Positions 17,824-27,042 of a stretch of 45,625 nucleotides of DNA are shown one piece after another. The notes beneath the pieces are model-generated. The model was not told where the DNA came from, did not search any database, and worked only from the letters and a program-made list of their open reading frames with translations. Origin of the DNA: a virus. Lineage: Duplodnaviria; Caudoviricetes. The stretch is from the IMG/VR virus record IMGVR_UViG_3300030376_008845, positions 1-45,625 of that record. One strand, 5' to 3'. Position 1 is the first letter of the stretch, and every line of letters begins with the position of its first letter. Position numbers and translations under genes: made by a program.

Positions 17824-18456
17824 ATGGAAGAAAACACACATGAGATTATAAAATTATTTTCTCAACCTTTACTAAAAACTTATTTACCTAATAAATTTAG
17901 TAATATTGTTAATTGGTTAGATAACCAAGAAATAGAATTTAGTGAAAATCCTGACTGGGGAAGTGTATCTTCTAATACTCAACTATTAAATTCTCCTGAA
18001 TGTTCTGAATTAAGTAATTATATATTATCCTTAGCTTTTCAATTTGCTGATGAAGTATTATCTTTAGATCACCCTAGTTATAAATTTTCAACATCATGGA
18101 TAAGTATTAAAACCTCTAATGATTCCCATTTCCCACATATTCATTCTAACAGTATAATCTCAGGTGTTTTTTATTATGGACATTATGGAAATGATACTCC
18201 TGGAATAAACTTTATTCATCCACCTCAACCTACAGGAAATTTTGAACTTGCACCTAGATTTAAAAATAATAAAAATCCAAGATATCAACCCTATACTTTT
18301 CCAGCATATCCGGGAGTTTTATATATGTTTCCTTCTTATATTCCCCATAGTGTTTCTAAAAATGAAACTTCATCTCCTAGAAAAAGTGTATCATTTAATA
18401 TAGTACCTACAGATGGTTTGGGAGATAATAGAATTTTAAATAATTTAAGTTTTTAA
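17824..18456 (+). CDS. 2OG-Fe(II) oxygenase, TIGR02466-like
   Basis: HIHSNSIISGVFY...FPSYIPHSV...RKSVSFN. Confidence 0.85.
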   Translation: MEENTHEIIKLFSQPLLKTYLPNKFSNIVNWLDNQEIEFSENPDWGSVSSNTQLLNSPECSELSNYILSLAFQFADEVLSLDHPSYKFSTSWISIKTSNDSHFPHIHSNSIISGVFYYGHYGNDTPGINFIHPPQPTGNFELAPRFKNNKNPRYQPYTFPAYPGVLYMFPSYIPHSVSKNETSSPRKSVSFNIVPTDGLGDNRILNNLSF

Positions 18457-18457
18457 T

Positions 18458-18652
18458 ATGATTTCAAATAAACTCCCTGTACTTCACGATATGTGGATAA
18501 AAAATATTATAAAACCCTTTGATATAGTTTCTTACTTAAAAAAGTTGGATTATACCTTAAGTTATATTACATTGAACGAAATAGGGGTTTACTCAAAAGA
18601 TAAAACAACTAAATACACATGGACAAAAGAAAAAAACAACACACAAATTTAG
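18458..18652 (+). CDS. Hypothetical protein overlapping the folE promoter
   Basis: 64 aa ORF; contains a promoter-like motif, so coding status is uncertain. Confidence 0.4.
   Translation: MISNKLPVLHDMWIKNIIKPFDIVSYLKKLDYTLSYITLNEIGVYSKDKTTKYTWTKEKNNTQI
18544..18575 (+). promoter_or_regulatory. Promoter for folE
   Basis: GTTG(18544)-20 nt-TACATTGA(18568); shares AGTTATATTAYATTG with the queE promoter. Confidence 0.6.
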
Positions 18653-19311
18653 AAGTAGTACAAGAAGGTTTTGCTAATGGTGTAGCACCTGGCTTTCCTT
18701 TTACAGATCAAGAAAAACAATCTATGATTGAAGATGCTACTGAAGCGTATGGTCAGTTTTTAACAGCATTAAAATGTGATTGGAAAAATGACCCTAATTC
18801 AGCTGATACACCTAGACGTGTAGCTAAAGCATATGTAAATGATTTATGGGCTGGGCGATATACTGCGATGAGTGAGATTACTTCATTCCCATCTGATGGA
18901 TATGATGGCGTCATTATAGAACGCAATATTCCACTGACTTCCATGTGTTCTCACCACCACCAAACAATTCAGGGTGTAGTACATATTGGATACGTTGCAG
19001 GTGAAGATGGTCAAGTAATTGGTTTATCTAAACTAAATAGAATTGTAGAATTATTTGGTAGACGAGGAGCAATTCAAGAACAATTAACATCAGCTATTCA
19101 TGGTGCAGTAGAAAAAATTACCGAAGGTAATAAAGGTGTTGTAGTAACAATTGTTGGTACTCACAACTGTGTATCTTGTAGAGGTGTTAAACATCAAGGT
19201 GCCTCAATGGTTACAACTAAAGCATCAGGTGTATTCCGTGATAATGATAGTTTAGCACGTCAGGAATTTTTTGATAGTATTAAAATTAATAACGGAACAC
19301 ACGCTATATAA
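18619..19311 (+). CDS. folE: GTP cyclohydrolase I
   Basis: DTPRRVAK, SMCSHH, IGLSKLNR, IQEQLT, HNCVSCRGV. Confidence 0.95.
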   Translation: MDKRKKQHTNLEVVQEGFANGVAPGFPFTDQEKQSMIEDATEAYGQFLTALKCDWKNDPNSADTPRRVAKAYVNDLWAGRYTAMSEITSFPSDGYDGVIIERNIPLTSMCSHHHQTIQGVVHIGYVAGEDGQVIGLSKLNRIVELFGRRGAIQEQLTSAIHGAVEKITEGNKGVVVTIVGTHNCVSCRGVKHQGASMVTTKASGVFRDNDSLARQEFFDSIKINNGTHAI

Positions 19312-19976
19312 TGTTTGATATAACTAAATTAGCTTTAAAAATTCCTAATTTTCTTACATCTAAAGAATGTGATGGGCTAATTAATGAATTTAATGAAAGG
19401 AGAGAAGAACAAAAATTAGAAAGTAGTAAAGATTATCACACTAATAGACTTAAAACTTCTAGTTTTACTGTAGTTCCTTTAATTTCTAAAACTCCTAATT
19501 TTAATTTAATAAAAGAAAAAACAAAAAAAGCTGTATTTCAATATTTAGAATATTTAAGTCAACCTAATTATTTTTTTATTGATTCTTTAAGAAATAATTT
19601 AAGATTTTCCCATAATTATAGAATAATGGAATATAATACAGGTGCTGAAATTCATCCTCATTCTGATCATGCTCCTGGTACTTATGGTAGTATAAGTTTT
19701 AATTTAAATGATGATTATAAAGGAGGAGAATTTAAATTTTTTAATGGAAATTATACTATTTCTTTAAAAAAAGGAGATGCATTAATATTTCCTGCTGATT
19801 ATTTTTGGGTTCATGAGGTATCTCCTGTAACAGAAGGAGTTAGATATAGCCTGAATAGTTTTTTAACTGCATTACCTTACGATGTACAGAATCAATGGAA
19901 CTATTTAGGAGAGGTCCTTAATGATCATTATGTACAAAATACTCCACCAGAAGAACTTTTAGGACCTTATAATTAA
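19311..19976 (+). CDS. 2OG-Fe(II) oxygenase (prolyl-hydroxylase-like)
   Basis: HSD...LNDDYKGGEF...WVHEVSPVTEGVRYS. Confidence 0.88.
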   Translation: MFDITKLALKIPNFLTSKECDGLINEFNERREEQKLESSKDYHTNRLKTSSFTVVPLISKTPNFNLIKEKTKKAVFQYLEYLSQPNYFFIDSLRNNLRFSHNYRIMEYNTGAEIHPHSDHAPGTYGSISFNLNDDYKGGEFKFFNGNYTISLKKGDALIFPADYFWVHEVSPVTEGVRYSLNSFLTALPYDVQNQWNYLGEVLNDHYVQNTPPEELLGPYN

Positions 19977-19980
19977 AGAT

Positions 19981-20418
19981 ATGATAAAAATAGATGGAAA
20001 AATAATTCTTGCTTGGGATGACATAAAAGATGTTATCAATAAAGTAACTGAAAAAATAGAAAATTTAGAAAAAAAACCTTTTTATATTTACGGAGTTCCT
20101 CGTGGTGGGTTAATTCCTGCCACTTGGATATCTCATAAAACAGGGATTAAATATCAACAAATAAATTCTGCTCAAATTTCTAAAATGGCAGATTTATCTC
20201 ATATTTTAATTATTGATGATATTTGTGATTCAGGTAAAACTGTAAAGGAAATAAGAGAAAATTATCCTAAAGTTAAAGTAGCTTGTTTGTATCATAAAGA
20301 AACAGCCAGTGAAACACCTGATATTTATGGTGAAATCGTTGGGGATGAATGGCTTGTTTTTCCCTGGGAAGAAAACGAAGAAATAGGAAAACGAGATAAT
20401 ACTTATGAAGGAATTTGA
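19981..20418 (+). CDS. Type I phosphoribosyltransferase (purine PRT-like)
   Basis: GVPRGGLIPA, ILIIDDICDSGKT PRPP loop, WLVFPWE. Confidence 0.9.
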   Translation: MIKIDGKIILAWDDIKDVINKVTEKIENLEKKPFYIYGVPRGGLIPATWISHKTGIKYQQINSAQISKMADLSHILIIDDICDSGKTVKEIRENYPKVKVACLYHKETASETPDIYGEIVGDEWLVFPWEENEEIGKRDNTYEGI

Positions 20419-20797
20419 CCCAAAACAAAAATCAGAAGGAGTAGGTGATACAATTGCTAAAATAACAAATGCAACGGGATTAGATAAAGTAGCCGATGCT
20501 GTTGCTAAAATGGCAGGAAAAGAAGATTGTGGTTGTAATAGAAGAAGAAAAACATTGAACGAAATATTCCCATATACAAAAAATACTCCACCTAAAGAAG
20601 CCCCCCATATTAATACTGCTCCTTTAGATGAAATACTTGGTAATTATGAACTTATTCAAGAAATTAATGCCTCGATCCCAGAAATGGGGTTAACTACTTT
20701 TACTAAAGGTACTGTTTTAACTATACATTCTAAGGATCATCCTTTATATAACGATATCCCTCATTATTATAAAAGTAATTCAATTAAAAAGTTATAA
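20405..20797 (+). CDS. Hypothetical phage protein
   Basis: GVGDTIAKIT...DCGCNRRRKTLN motif; 130 aa. Confidence 0.65.
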   Translation: MKEFDPKQKSEGVGDTIAKITNATGLDKVADAVAKMAGKEDCGCNRRRKTLNEIFPYTKNTPPKEAPHINTAPLDEILGNYELIQEINASIPEMGLTTFTKGTVLTIHSKDHPLYNDIPHYYKSNSIKKL

Positions 20798-22450
20798 ATG
20801 GCCTATAATATATTAGGTATCCATCCGGGACATAATAGTTCCGCTGCTCTTATTTCTGATGGTAAATTAGTTTATTATTTAGAGGAAGAAAGATTATCTA
20901 GAGAAAAAAGAGATGGTAATCCTTTTAGAGCTATAATAGATATTTGTTCTAAATATAAAGTTAATGAGTTAATAATAGGTGGAACTAATGATCCTAGTGA
21001 ATTTCATTCTTTACCTTGGACTGGGGAAACTTCTTATATTGCTTTAGTTAGAAAATATAACCCCCAAGTTAAAATTACATTATTAAACCATTATCACCAC
21101 CTTCTTCATGCTTCATGTGCTTTTTTTAATTCTGGGTTTGATAAATCTTCTATATTAATAATAGATGGGGCGGGTTCTAAAGAAGAATCTAATGGTGTAA
21201 CTAGTTTTGAATGTGAATCTTTATGGGAAGGTAATTCTAATGGGATTAATCTTATAAGTAAATCAACTTGGTCTGATCAAAATAATGCTGTTACTCTTAC
21301 TAAAACTTATGAAGCTGTAACAGATTATTTAGGATGGGAAGGGATAGAAGGAGGAAAAACTATGGGGCTTGCACCTTATGGTGAATACAACCCTAATATT
21401 CCTCAATTGTTTGAAAAAGGAAGAGGTAATGTAAATATTTTTGTTCCTTATTATCCTGCAGGTGCTTTTATAAATGTACAAAATAATCCTATTTTTAAAA
21501 GAAACCATAATCCTAAAGAATGGCATAAAGATCCTTCTAAACTGACAAAAATAGAAGTTGATTTAGCTTGGCAAATTCAAAAAGATACTCAAGAAGAAGT
21601 ATCTAAATTAATAGAAAAATCTGTAGAATTAACAGGTAATAAACAAGTTTGTATAGCAGGAGGATATGGGTTAAATTGTGTAACAAATTACTGGATTAAA
21701 AAACGTTTCCCTAATTTAAAAATATACCATGAACCTATTTCACATGATGGGGGAACTTCAATAGGTGCCTCTTATTTAGGATGGCAACGTCGCCAACCTA
21801 ATACTAAATTTTCTAAACAAAATTCTATATATTATGGCCCCCAATATACTCTAGATCAATATCTAACAACAATTAAAAATTATAGTAATAAATTTGACCA
21901 ACAGAAAATATCTCCAGAACAAATAGCAAAACTAATCTCAGAACGAAACATAATTTCAATATTCCAAGGTCGTTCTGAAGCTGGTCCACGTGCGTTAGGT
22001 AATAGGTCAATTTTATATGATCCAACAGACCCAAATGGTAAAGACTTTGTAAATAAGGTTAAAAAACGTGAATGGTTTAGGCCATTTGCAGGTACAGTTT
22101 TATTAGAAAGAGCAAACGAATATTTTGATATGGCTGGTTTAGAAGAATCCCCATTTATGATGTATGCTATGGATGTTTGGCCTGATAAACAAGAAAAAAT
22201 TAAAGCTATCACTCATGTAGATGGTACTTGTAGAATCCAGACTGTAACTGAAGAACAAAATCCACATTACTATAAATTAATCCAAGAATTTGAAAAAATA
22301 ACAGGTGTACCTATTTTATTTAATACTTCATTTAATCTAGCGGGTGATCCACTTGTAGAAACAATCGAAGATGCTTTAGAAACTCTTTTGAAAAGCGAAA
22401 TAAAGTACTTATATTTACCCGAACTAGAAATGTTATTAGAAAAAAAATAG
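20798..22450 (+). CDS. Carbamoyltransferase (NodU/CmcH/TobZ family)
   Basis: GHNSSA, EEERLSR, HHLLHA, GKTMGLAPYG, EAGPRALGNRS, KKREWFRPFA, HVDGTCRIQ, NTSFN. Confidence 0.93.
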   Translation: MAYNILGIHPGHNSSAALISDGKLVYYLEEERLSREKRDGNPFRAIIDICSKYKVNELIIGGTNDPSEFHSLPWTGETSYIALVRKYNPQVKITLLNHYHHLLHASCAFFNSGFDKSSILIIDGAGSKEESNGVTSFECESLWEGNSNGINLISKSTWSDQNNAVTLTKTYEAVTDYLGWEGIEGGKTMGLAPYGEYNPNIPQLFEKGRGNVNIFVPYYPAGAFINVQNNPIFKRNHNPKEWHKDPSKLTKIEVDLAWQIQKDTQEEVSKLIEKSVELTGNKQVCIAGGYGLNCVTNYWIKKRFPNLKIYHEPISHDGGTSIGASYLGWQRRQPNTKFSKQNSIYYGPQYTLDQYLTTIKNYSNKFDQQKISPEQIAKLISERNIISIFQGRSEAGPRALGNRSILYDPTDPNGKDFVNKVKKREWFRPFAGTVLLERANEYFDMAGLEESPFMMYAMDVWPDKQEKIKAITHVDGTCRIQTVTEEQNPHYYKLIQEFEKITGVPILFNTSFNLAGDPLVETIEDALETLLKSEIKYLYLPELEMLLEKK

Positions 22451-22451
22451 T

Positions 22452-22946
22452 ATGAAAAAAACAAATGTCCCCTTCGTTAATGAAGTAGAAATTTTTAACA
22501 AAACCTTTGGTAAACCCAATAATTATGAATCAACTATTCCAGAAAAAAAAGAATGGAAATTTGTCTACGATTTCATCCTTGAAGAACTCGAAGAATATAA
22601 AGAAGCTTGCGAACGAGGCGACATTGTGGAAATTTTGGATGCTTTGTGCGACATTACTTATGTTTCCCTTGGGAACGGTGTTATGTTACACGGCCTTAAG
22701 GATAAGATATGGCCAGCATATCAAGAGGTACAAGCTAGTAATATGTCGAAAGCTTGCGAATCTGAAGAAGAAGCCATACTCACCGTCCGCAAAAGAAGTG
22801 AGGAGCAAGGTGAGGCCTGTCATTTTGAGAAACTTGAGAAAGGACGGTATATTGTCTACCGTACCAGAGATAGAAAAGTAATGAAGTCTATTAATTATTT
22901 TAGACCCGATTTAACCCAGTTTTTTAGTAAGGACGAGTTAAAATAA
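22452..22946 (+). CDS. MazG-like/PRA-PH all-alpha NTP pyrophosphohydrolase
   Basis: EELEE...EILDALCD...EVQASNMSK...KVMKS. Confidence 0.85.
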   Translation: MKKTNVPFVNEVEIFNKTFGKPNNYESTIPEKKEWKFVYDFILEELEEYKEACERGDIVEILDALCDITYVSLGNGVMLHGLKDKIWPAYQEVQASNMSKACESEEEAILTVRKRSEEQGEACHFEKLEKGRYIVYRTRDRKVMKSINYFRPDLTQFFSKDELK

Positions 22947-22960
22947 CAATATTTATTATT

Positions 22961-24301
22961 GTGAAAAACTTCCTAAACTCTCTCCGTAAGGGATCATTTC
23001 CCTTTTTAATCGCATTCTCTGCCCTGTCAGTTAGTGCTTCGGCCGCTTTCTATAGTGTTAGCGGCTTGAGCAAACTCTTTGCTGGGGCTTCATTTGAAGT
23101 AATTATAATGGCTGGCTCACTTGAGGTAGCAAAACTAGTAATTGCTTCACTATTATATCAATATTGGGATACAATTAATAAAATACTTAGAGTTTATTTA
23201 TCTATAGCTACAGTAATATTAGTATTAATTACTAGTATGGGTATTTATGGATTTTTAAGTGCAGCTTACCAAGATACTTATAGGCAATTAACAATTAAAG
23301 AAAATCAGATATCATTTCTAGACCAAAAGAAAGAATTTTATGAGAAAGATGTGGCAAGATATGATGAGGAACTTGAAAGAATCTCTAATAACATTTCTAC
23401 TTTATCTGGTGCGAAAGCGTCCTCGATTCAAGTACGAGACACGACATCATCTACAGGCTTTAGACAAACAATTAGTACTACCGAACTTAGATTATCCCAA
23501 AAGCGTATTGATGTTGAAGAACAGAATAGAAAATCTGTTCAAGCAAAAAGAGAACAAGTAGCAGATAGTTTACAAAAATACCAACTTGCAATTTTAGATC
23601 TAGAAAATAATGCTGAAGTAGCAGGTGAATTAGGACCATTACAATACCTCTCAGGTTTAACAGGTATTGGTATGGATAAAATTATTAATTACTTACTTTT
23701 AGTAATTATTTTTGTATTTGATCCCTTAGCTATATCATTAGTAGTAGCAGCTAACTTTGCGTTTGCTAATGCTTTTCCTAAACGAGAAGAAGATGTTCTT
23801 GCTATTTTTGATAATGATGAAGAATATGAAGAATGGAAAGATGAAATCGAAAATGAAGTTGAAGAAGAAGTTATAGAAGATATAGAAGTAGAAGCTGAAG
23901 TAGTTAAAGCTGATATTAAAGAAGAAGAAATAAAAGTTAATGAACCTAAAACATATAAGCAAGAAAAACAAGATTTTTTATCTAAACTAAATGAAATTGA
24001 ATCCCGAATGGTAAGTGATAATACTATAGAAGACCAATCTAAAAAAATCTTAGAATTAGAAAACGAATTAACTCAAGCTCACGAAGAAATTAATGAATTA
24101 GATCTTGCAGCAACAAAAATTGTTGATTCAATTAAATATATGGATGACTATTTAAAAAATCATGGTCCTTATTATAATACACAAGATATAAATTGGGATG
24201 AACTAAAATTAGGTTTTGCAGAGGAAAGTAATTATATTGAGAAACGAAAATTAAGATCAAAACCTAAAGGTAAAGACGAAAATAATATAATAACTTATTA
24301 A
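22961..24301 (+). CDS. Membrane protein with coiled coil and acidic tail
   Basis: Three N-terminal TM helices (SLEVAKLV, TSMGIYGFLS), coiled coil, IIFVFDPLA TM, Glu-rich region. Confidence 0.75.
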   Translation: MKNFLNSLRKGSFPFLIAFSALSVSASAAFYSVSGLSKLFAGASFEVIIMAGSLEVAKLVIASLLYQYWDTINKILRVYLSIATVILVLITSMGIYGFLSAAYQDTYRQLTIKENQISFLDQKKEFYEKDVARYDEELERISNNISTLSGAKASSIQVRDTTSSTGFRQTISTTELRLSQKRIDVEEQNRKSVQAKREQVADSLQKYQLAILDLENNAEVAGELGPLQYLSGLTGIGMDKIINYLLLVIIFVFDPLAISLVVAANFAFANAFPKREEDVLAIFDNDEEYEEWKDEIENEVEEEVIEDIEVEAEVVKADIKEEEIKVNEPKTYKQEKQDFLSKLNEIESRMVSDNTIEDQSKKILELENELTQAHEEINELDLAATKIVDSIKYMDDYLKNHGPYYNTQDINWDELKLGFAEESNYIEKRKLRSKPKGKDENNIITY

Positions 24302-24303
24302 AA

Positions 24304-24909
24304 ATGTATCCATTTATTCCCCGTATTTGTAACGCTATTACCCCTGTAGTAGATGAACACTTTCTATCTTATAATGAAATTCAAAAAGTTAGTAATCTCC
24401 TCCAAAACATTCCTTATGAAAGAGGTAGTGTAATGTCAAAAAATGAATTAAATACTTTTGATGAAACTGAAATGAGGAGAAGTAATGTTAAATGGATTCC
24501 CCATACACCAGAGTGGTCATGGTTATACTATATAATTAGGGATAAAGTAGATTTTATTAATAAAAATACTTGGAATTTTGACCTTACTTCAATTATTGAA
24601 AGTATTCAATACACTGAATATAAAGGTGATGAAAAAGGGCATTATGATTGGCATATAGATATAGGAAATGATATTGTTACAAATTGTAGAAAAGTATCTA
24701 TAAGTATATTATTATCCTCCCCAGATGAATATGAAGGAGGAGAATTATTAGTAAATGATGGGGGCTCTATTGGTGATTCATATTCCCCTCCTAAAAAACT
24801 AGGATCAGCTGTAATATTCCCTTCTTATTTACTCCATAAAGTAAACCCTATTACTAAAGGAATTAGAAGATCTTTAGTTTTATGGATGGGGGGTTCTACT
24901 TTTAAATAA
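24304..24909 (+). CDS. 2OG-Fe(II) oxygenase (PKHD-type-like)
   Basis: YDWHID...RKVS...YEGGEL...FPSYLLHKVNPITKGIRRSLV. Confidence 0.9.
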   Translation: MYPFIPRICNAITPVVDEHFLSYNEIQKVSNLLQNIPYERGSVMSKNELNTFDETEMRRSNVKWIPHTPEWSWLYYIIRDKVDFINKNTWNFDLTSIIESIQYTEYKGDEKGHYDWHIDIGNDIVTNCRKVSISILLSSPDEYEGGELLVNDGGSIGDSYSPPKKLGSAVIFPSYLLHKVNPITKGIRRSLVLWMGGSTFK

Positions 24910-24925
24910 AGTAATAATATAGGTT

Positions 24926-26701
24926 ATGTATAAAAAGATTTATGAGCAGGGTAATAAGAGACAAACAGGCAAGGAAAATACCCATTTAATCCATCTATGG
25001 ACAGATGAAGGTTATGAAAAAATTGAATGGGATAATTATGCCTATAGAGAATGTCATGAAGATGAGGCAACAGCTAAAGGTCTAAATGGTGAACCTCTAG
25101 TACGTACCCACAATTGGGACAGAACTACTAATAAACTCCACTTTGGAGACATATCAGCTCACCAAAAATTCTTAATTGAAAAATATGGTACTGATGATAG
25201 ACCTTCTACTACTTGCAAAGAAGTATTCTTTGATATTGAGTGTGAAATGGGTGGAGCACTTACAGAAGAATATATTTCAAATGCACCTAAACCCATAACT
25301 TCAATTGCTTGGTACGATAAACAAGCCGATCAATGGGCGATTGTTATTTTAGATAAAAAAGGACAATTAAAACGTACTAAGGCTAAAAATAAAGAAATTA
25401 TACCTTTTAGACATGAAGCTGATCTATTAGACTGTTTCCTATCCAGAATGGAAGAAATAGAACCAGATATGCTTGTAGGATATAATAGTGACTACTTTGA
25501 TATTCCTTACTTATATTATAGAATGTGTATTGTATTAGGTGATAGACAAGCTAAACGTTTATCTCCTATTGGTATAACTAAACATGCCAAAAATAACCAA
25601 TATTGGTATAAAAAAGATATGTACGTTGACATCGCTGGTGTTGAATCCATGGATTATATGCGCTTACATAAAAAGTATGGGTGGGAAGATGAACCAAGTT
25701 GGAAACTCGATGCTATCGGCGAAAAATACGTAGGTATCAATAAAATTGAATATGAGGGCACATTAGATGATTTATTTGAAACTGATATTCAAAAGTTTAT
25801 ACAATATAACTTTGTTGATGTTGAAATATTAGTTGAATTAGATAAAAAATTACAATATCTAGCATTAACAAGAAACTTAGCACATAAAGGTAAAGTAAAA
25901 TATAGTGAAGTATATGCTTCATCTAAAATACATGATGGTGCTATTTCAGCTTATTTATTATCTCAAGGGATTGTTCCACCAGGTCGTCCTCATGGAGAAA
26001 AGAAATTAAATTACGCCGGAGGATACTTATTTTGTCCTAAAGCTGGTCTTTATAAATATATGTTTGATGAAGATTTAACTTCACTATACCCTTCAATTAT
26101 TATGTCTCTTAATATTGGAAGAGAAACGATTGTAGGTAAAATTGTACCTGATACTTTACCTAGTAAATTAATTGAATATGGTCCTTATGGAGAAAAACCA
26201 GATCGTAATAATTATTTAGGTTTAAATGATTTAAAAGAAATGGATCCTGAAGAAGAACTTATAGTTATGGATCCTAATAGAAATGGTAATCCAAGAGCTA
26301 AAGTATCTGTTGAAAAACTAATCAATATGATAGAAAAAAATAATTATGCTCTAGCTGCAAATGGCACATTTTTTAGAACAGATAAAGAATCTGTATTATC
26401 AACTATTTTAAGTAAATGGTTTGATGAAAGAAAAATGTATAAAGATGAAATGAAAAAATCATATAAAGCAGGAGACACTGAAAAAGGTGAATATTACCAT
26501 TTAATGCAATATACAATGAAAATTCTACTTAACTCATTATATGGAGCTACAGCATTAAATTCATTTAGATATGGAATGCCTTTATCAATACTATCAGAGG
26601 CAATTACATTATCAGGATGGCGTATTATACAAGAATCAGCATTAGTTGCTAATCGTCATATGAATAAAATTTTAAGGAACGAAATAAAATTAAAAATATA
26701 A
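24926..26701 (+). CDS. polB: DNA polymerase family B, N-terminal subunit (exonuclease, motifs A and B)
   Basis: FDIE (ExoI), GYNSDYFD (ExoII), YNFVDV (ExoIII), DLTSLYPSII, KILLNSLYG; motif C absent. Confidence 0.93.
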   Translation: MYKKIYEQGNKRQTGKENTHLIHLWTDEGYEKIEWDNYAYRECHEDEATAKGLNGEPLVRTHNWDRTTNKLHFGDISAHQKFLIEKYGTDDRPSTTCKEVFFDIECEMGGALTEEYISNAPKPITSIAWYDKQADQWAIVILDKKGQLKRTKAKNKEIIPFRHEADLLDCFLSRMEEIEPDMLVGYNSDYFDIPYLYYRMCIVLGDRQAKRLSPIGITKHAKNNQYWYKKDMYVDIAGVESMDYMRLHKKYGWEDEPSWKLDAIGEKYVGINKIEYEGTLDDLFETDIQKFIQYNFVDVEILVELDKKLQYLALTRNLAHKGKVKYSEVYASSKIHDGAISAYLLSQGIVPPGRPHGEKKLNYAGGYLFCPKAGLYKYMFDEDLTSLYPSIIMSLNIGRETIVGKIVPDTLPSKLIEYGPYGEKPDRNNYLGLNDLKEMDPEEELIVMDPNRNGNPRAKVSVEKLINMIEKNNYALAANGTFFRTDKESVLSTILSKWFDERKMYKDEMKKSYKAGDTEKGEYYHLMQYTMKILLNSLYGATALNSFRYGMPLSILSEAITLSGWRIIQESALVANRHMNKILRNEIKLKI

Positions 26702-27042
26702 TGGAAATAGAAAGTCGTCCTTGGGGAATGTACGAAGTTTTACTAGATTCAGATGAATGTAAAGTAAAACGTATTACAGTAGCACCTGGTCAAAAGTTAT
26801 CATACCAATATCATTATAAACGTCAAGAACAATGGACTGTAGTAAAAGGAAATTTAACTATAGTTTTAGATGATGAGAAAGTATTTAGAGAACCTGGTGG
26901 TTCAATTAAAATACCATTAGGAGCTAAACACAGAGCTTGGAATGAAACAGACGAAATAGTACAATTTATAGAAGTACAAACAGGAACTTACTTTGGAGAA
27001 GACGATATAGTCAGAATAGAGGATGAATATAATAGAGAATAA
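26701..27042 (+). CDS. Mannose-6-phosphate isomerase type II C-terminal cupin
   Basis: RPWG, KVKRITV.PGQKLSYQYH..R.E.W, IEVQTGTYFGEDDIVR. Confidence 0.92.
   Translation: MEIESRPWGMYEVLLDSDECKVKRITVAPGQKLSYQYHYKRQEQWTVVKGNLTIVLDDEKVFREPGGSIKIPLGAKHRAWNETDEIVQFIEVQTGTYFGEDDIVRIEDEYNRE

Noticed and set aside
18576-18618. Third copy of the riboswitch-like leader upstream of folE
   Set aside because: It has an A-rich tail (AAAACAACTAA) but no equivalent 5-bp stem.
20083-20092. TATATTTACG promoter-like box inside the PRTase gene
   Set aside because: No properly spaced TTG box, and the sequence is explained by the coding motif YIYG.
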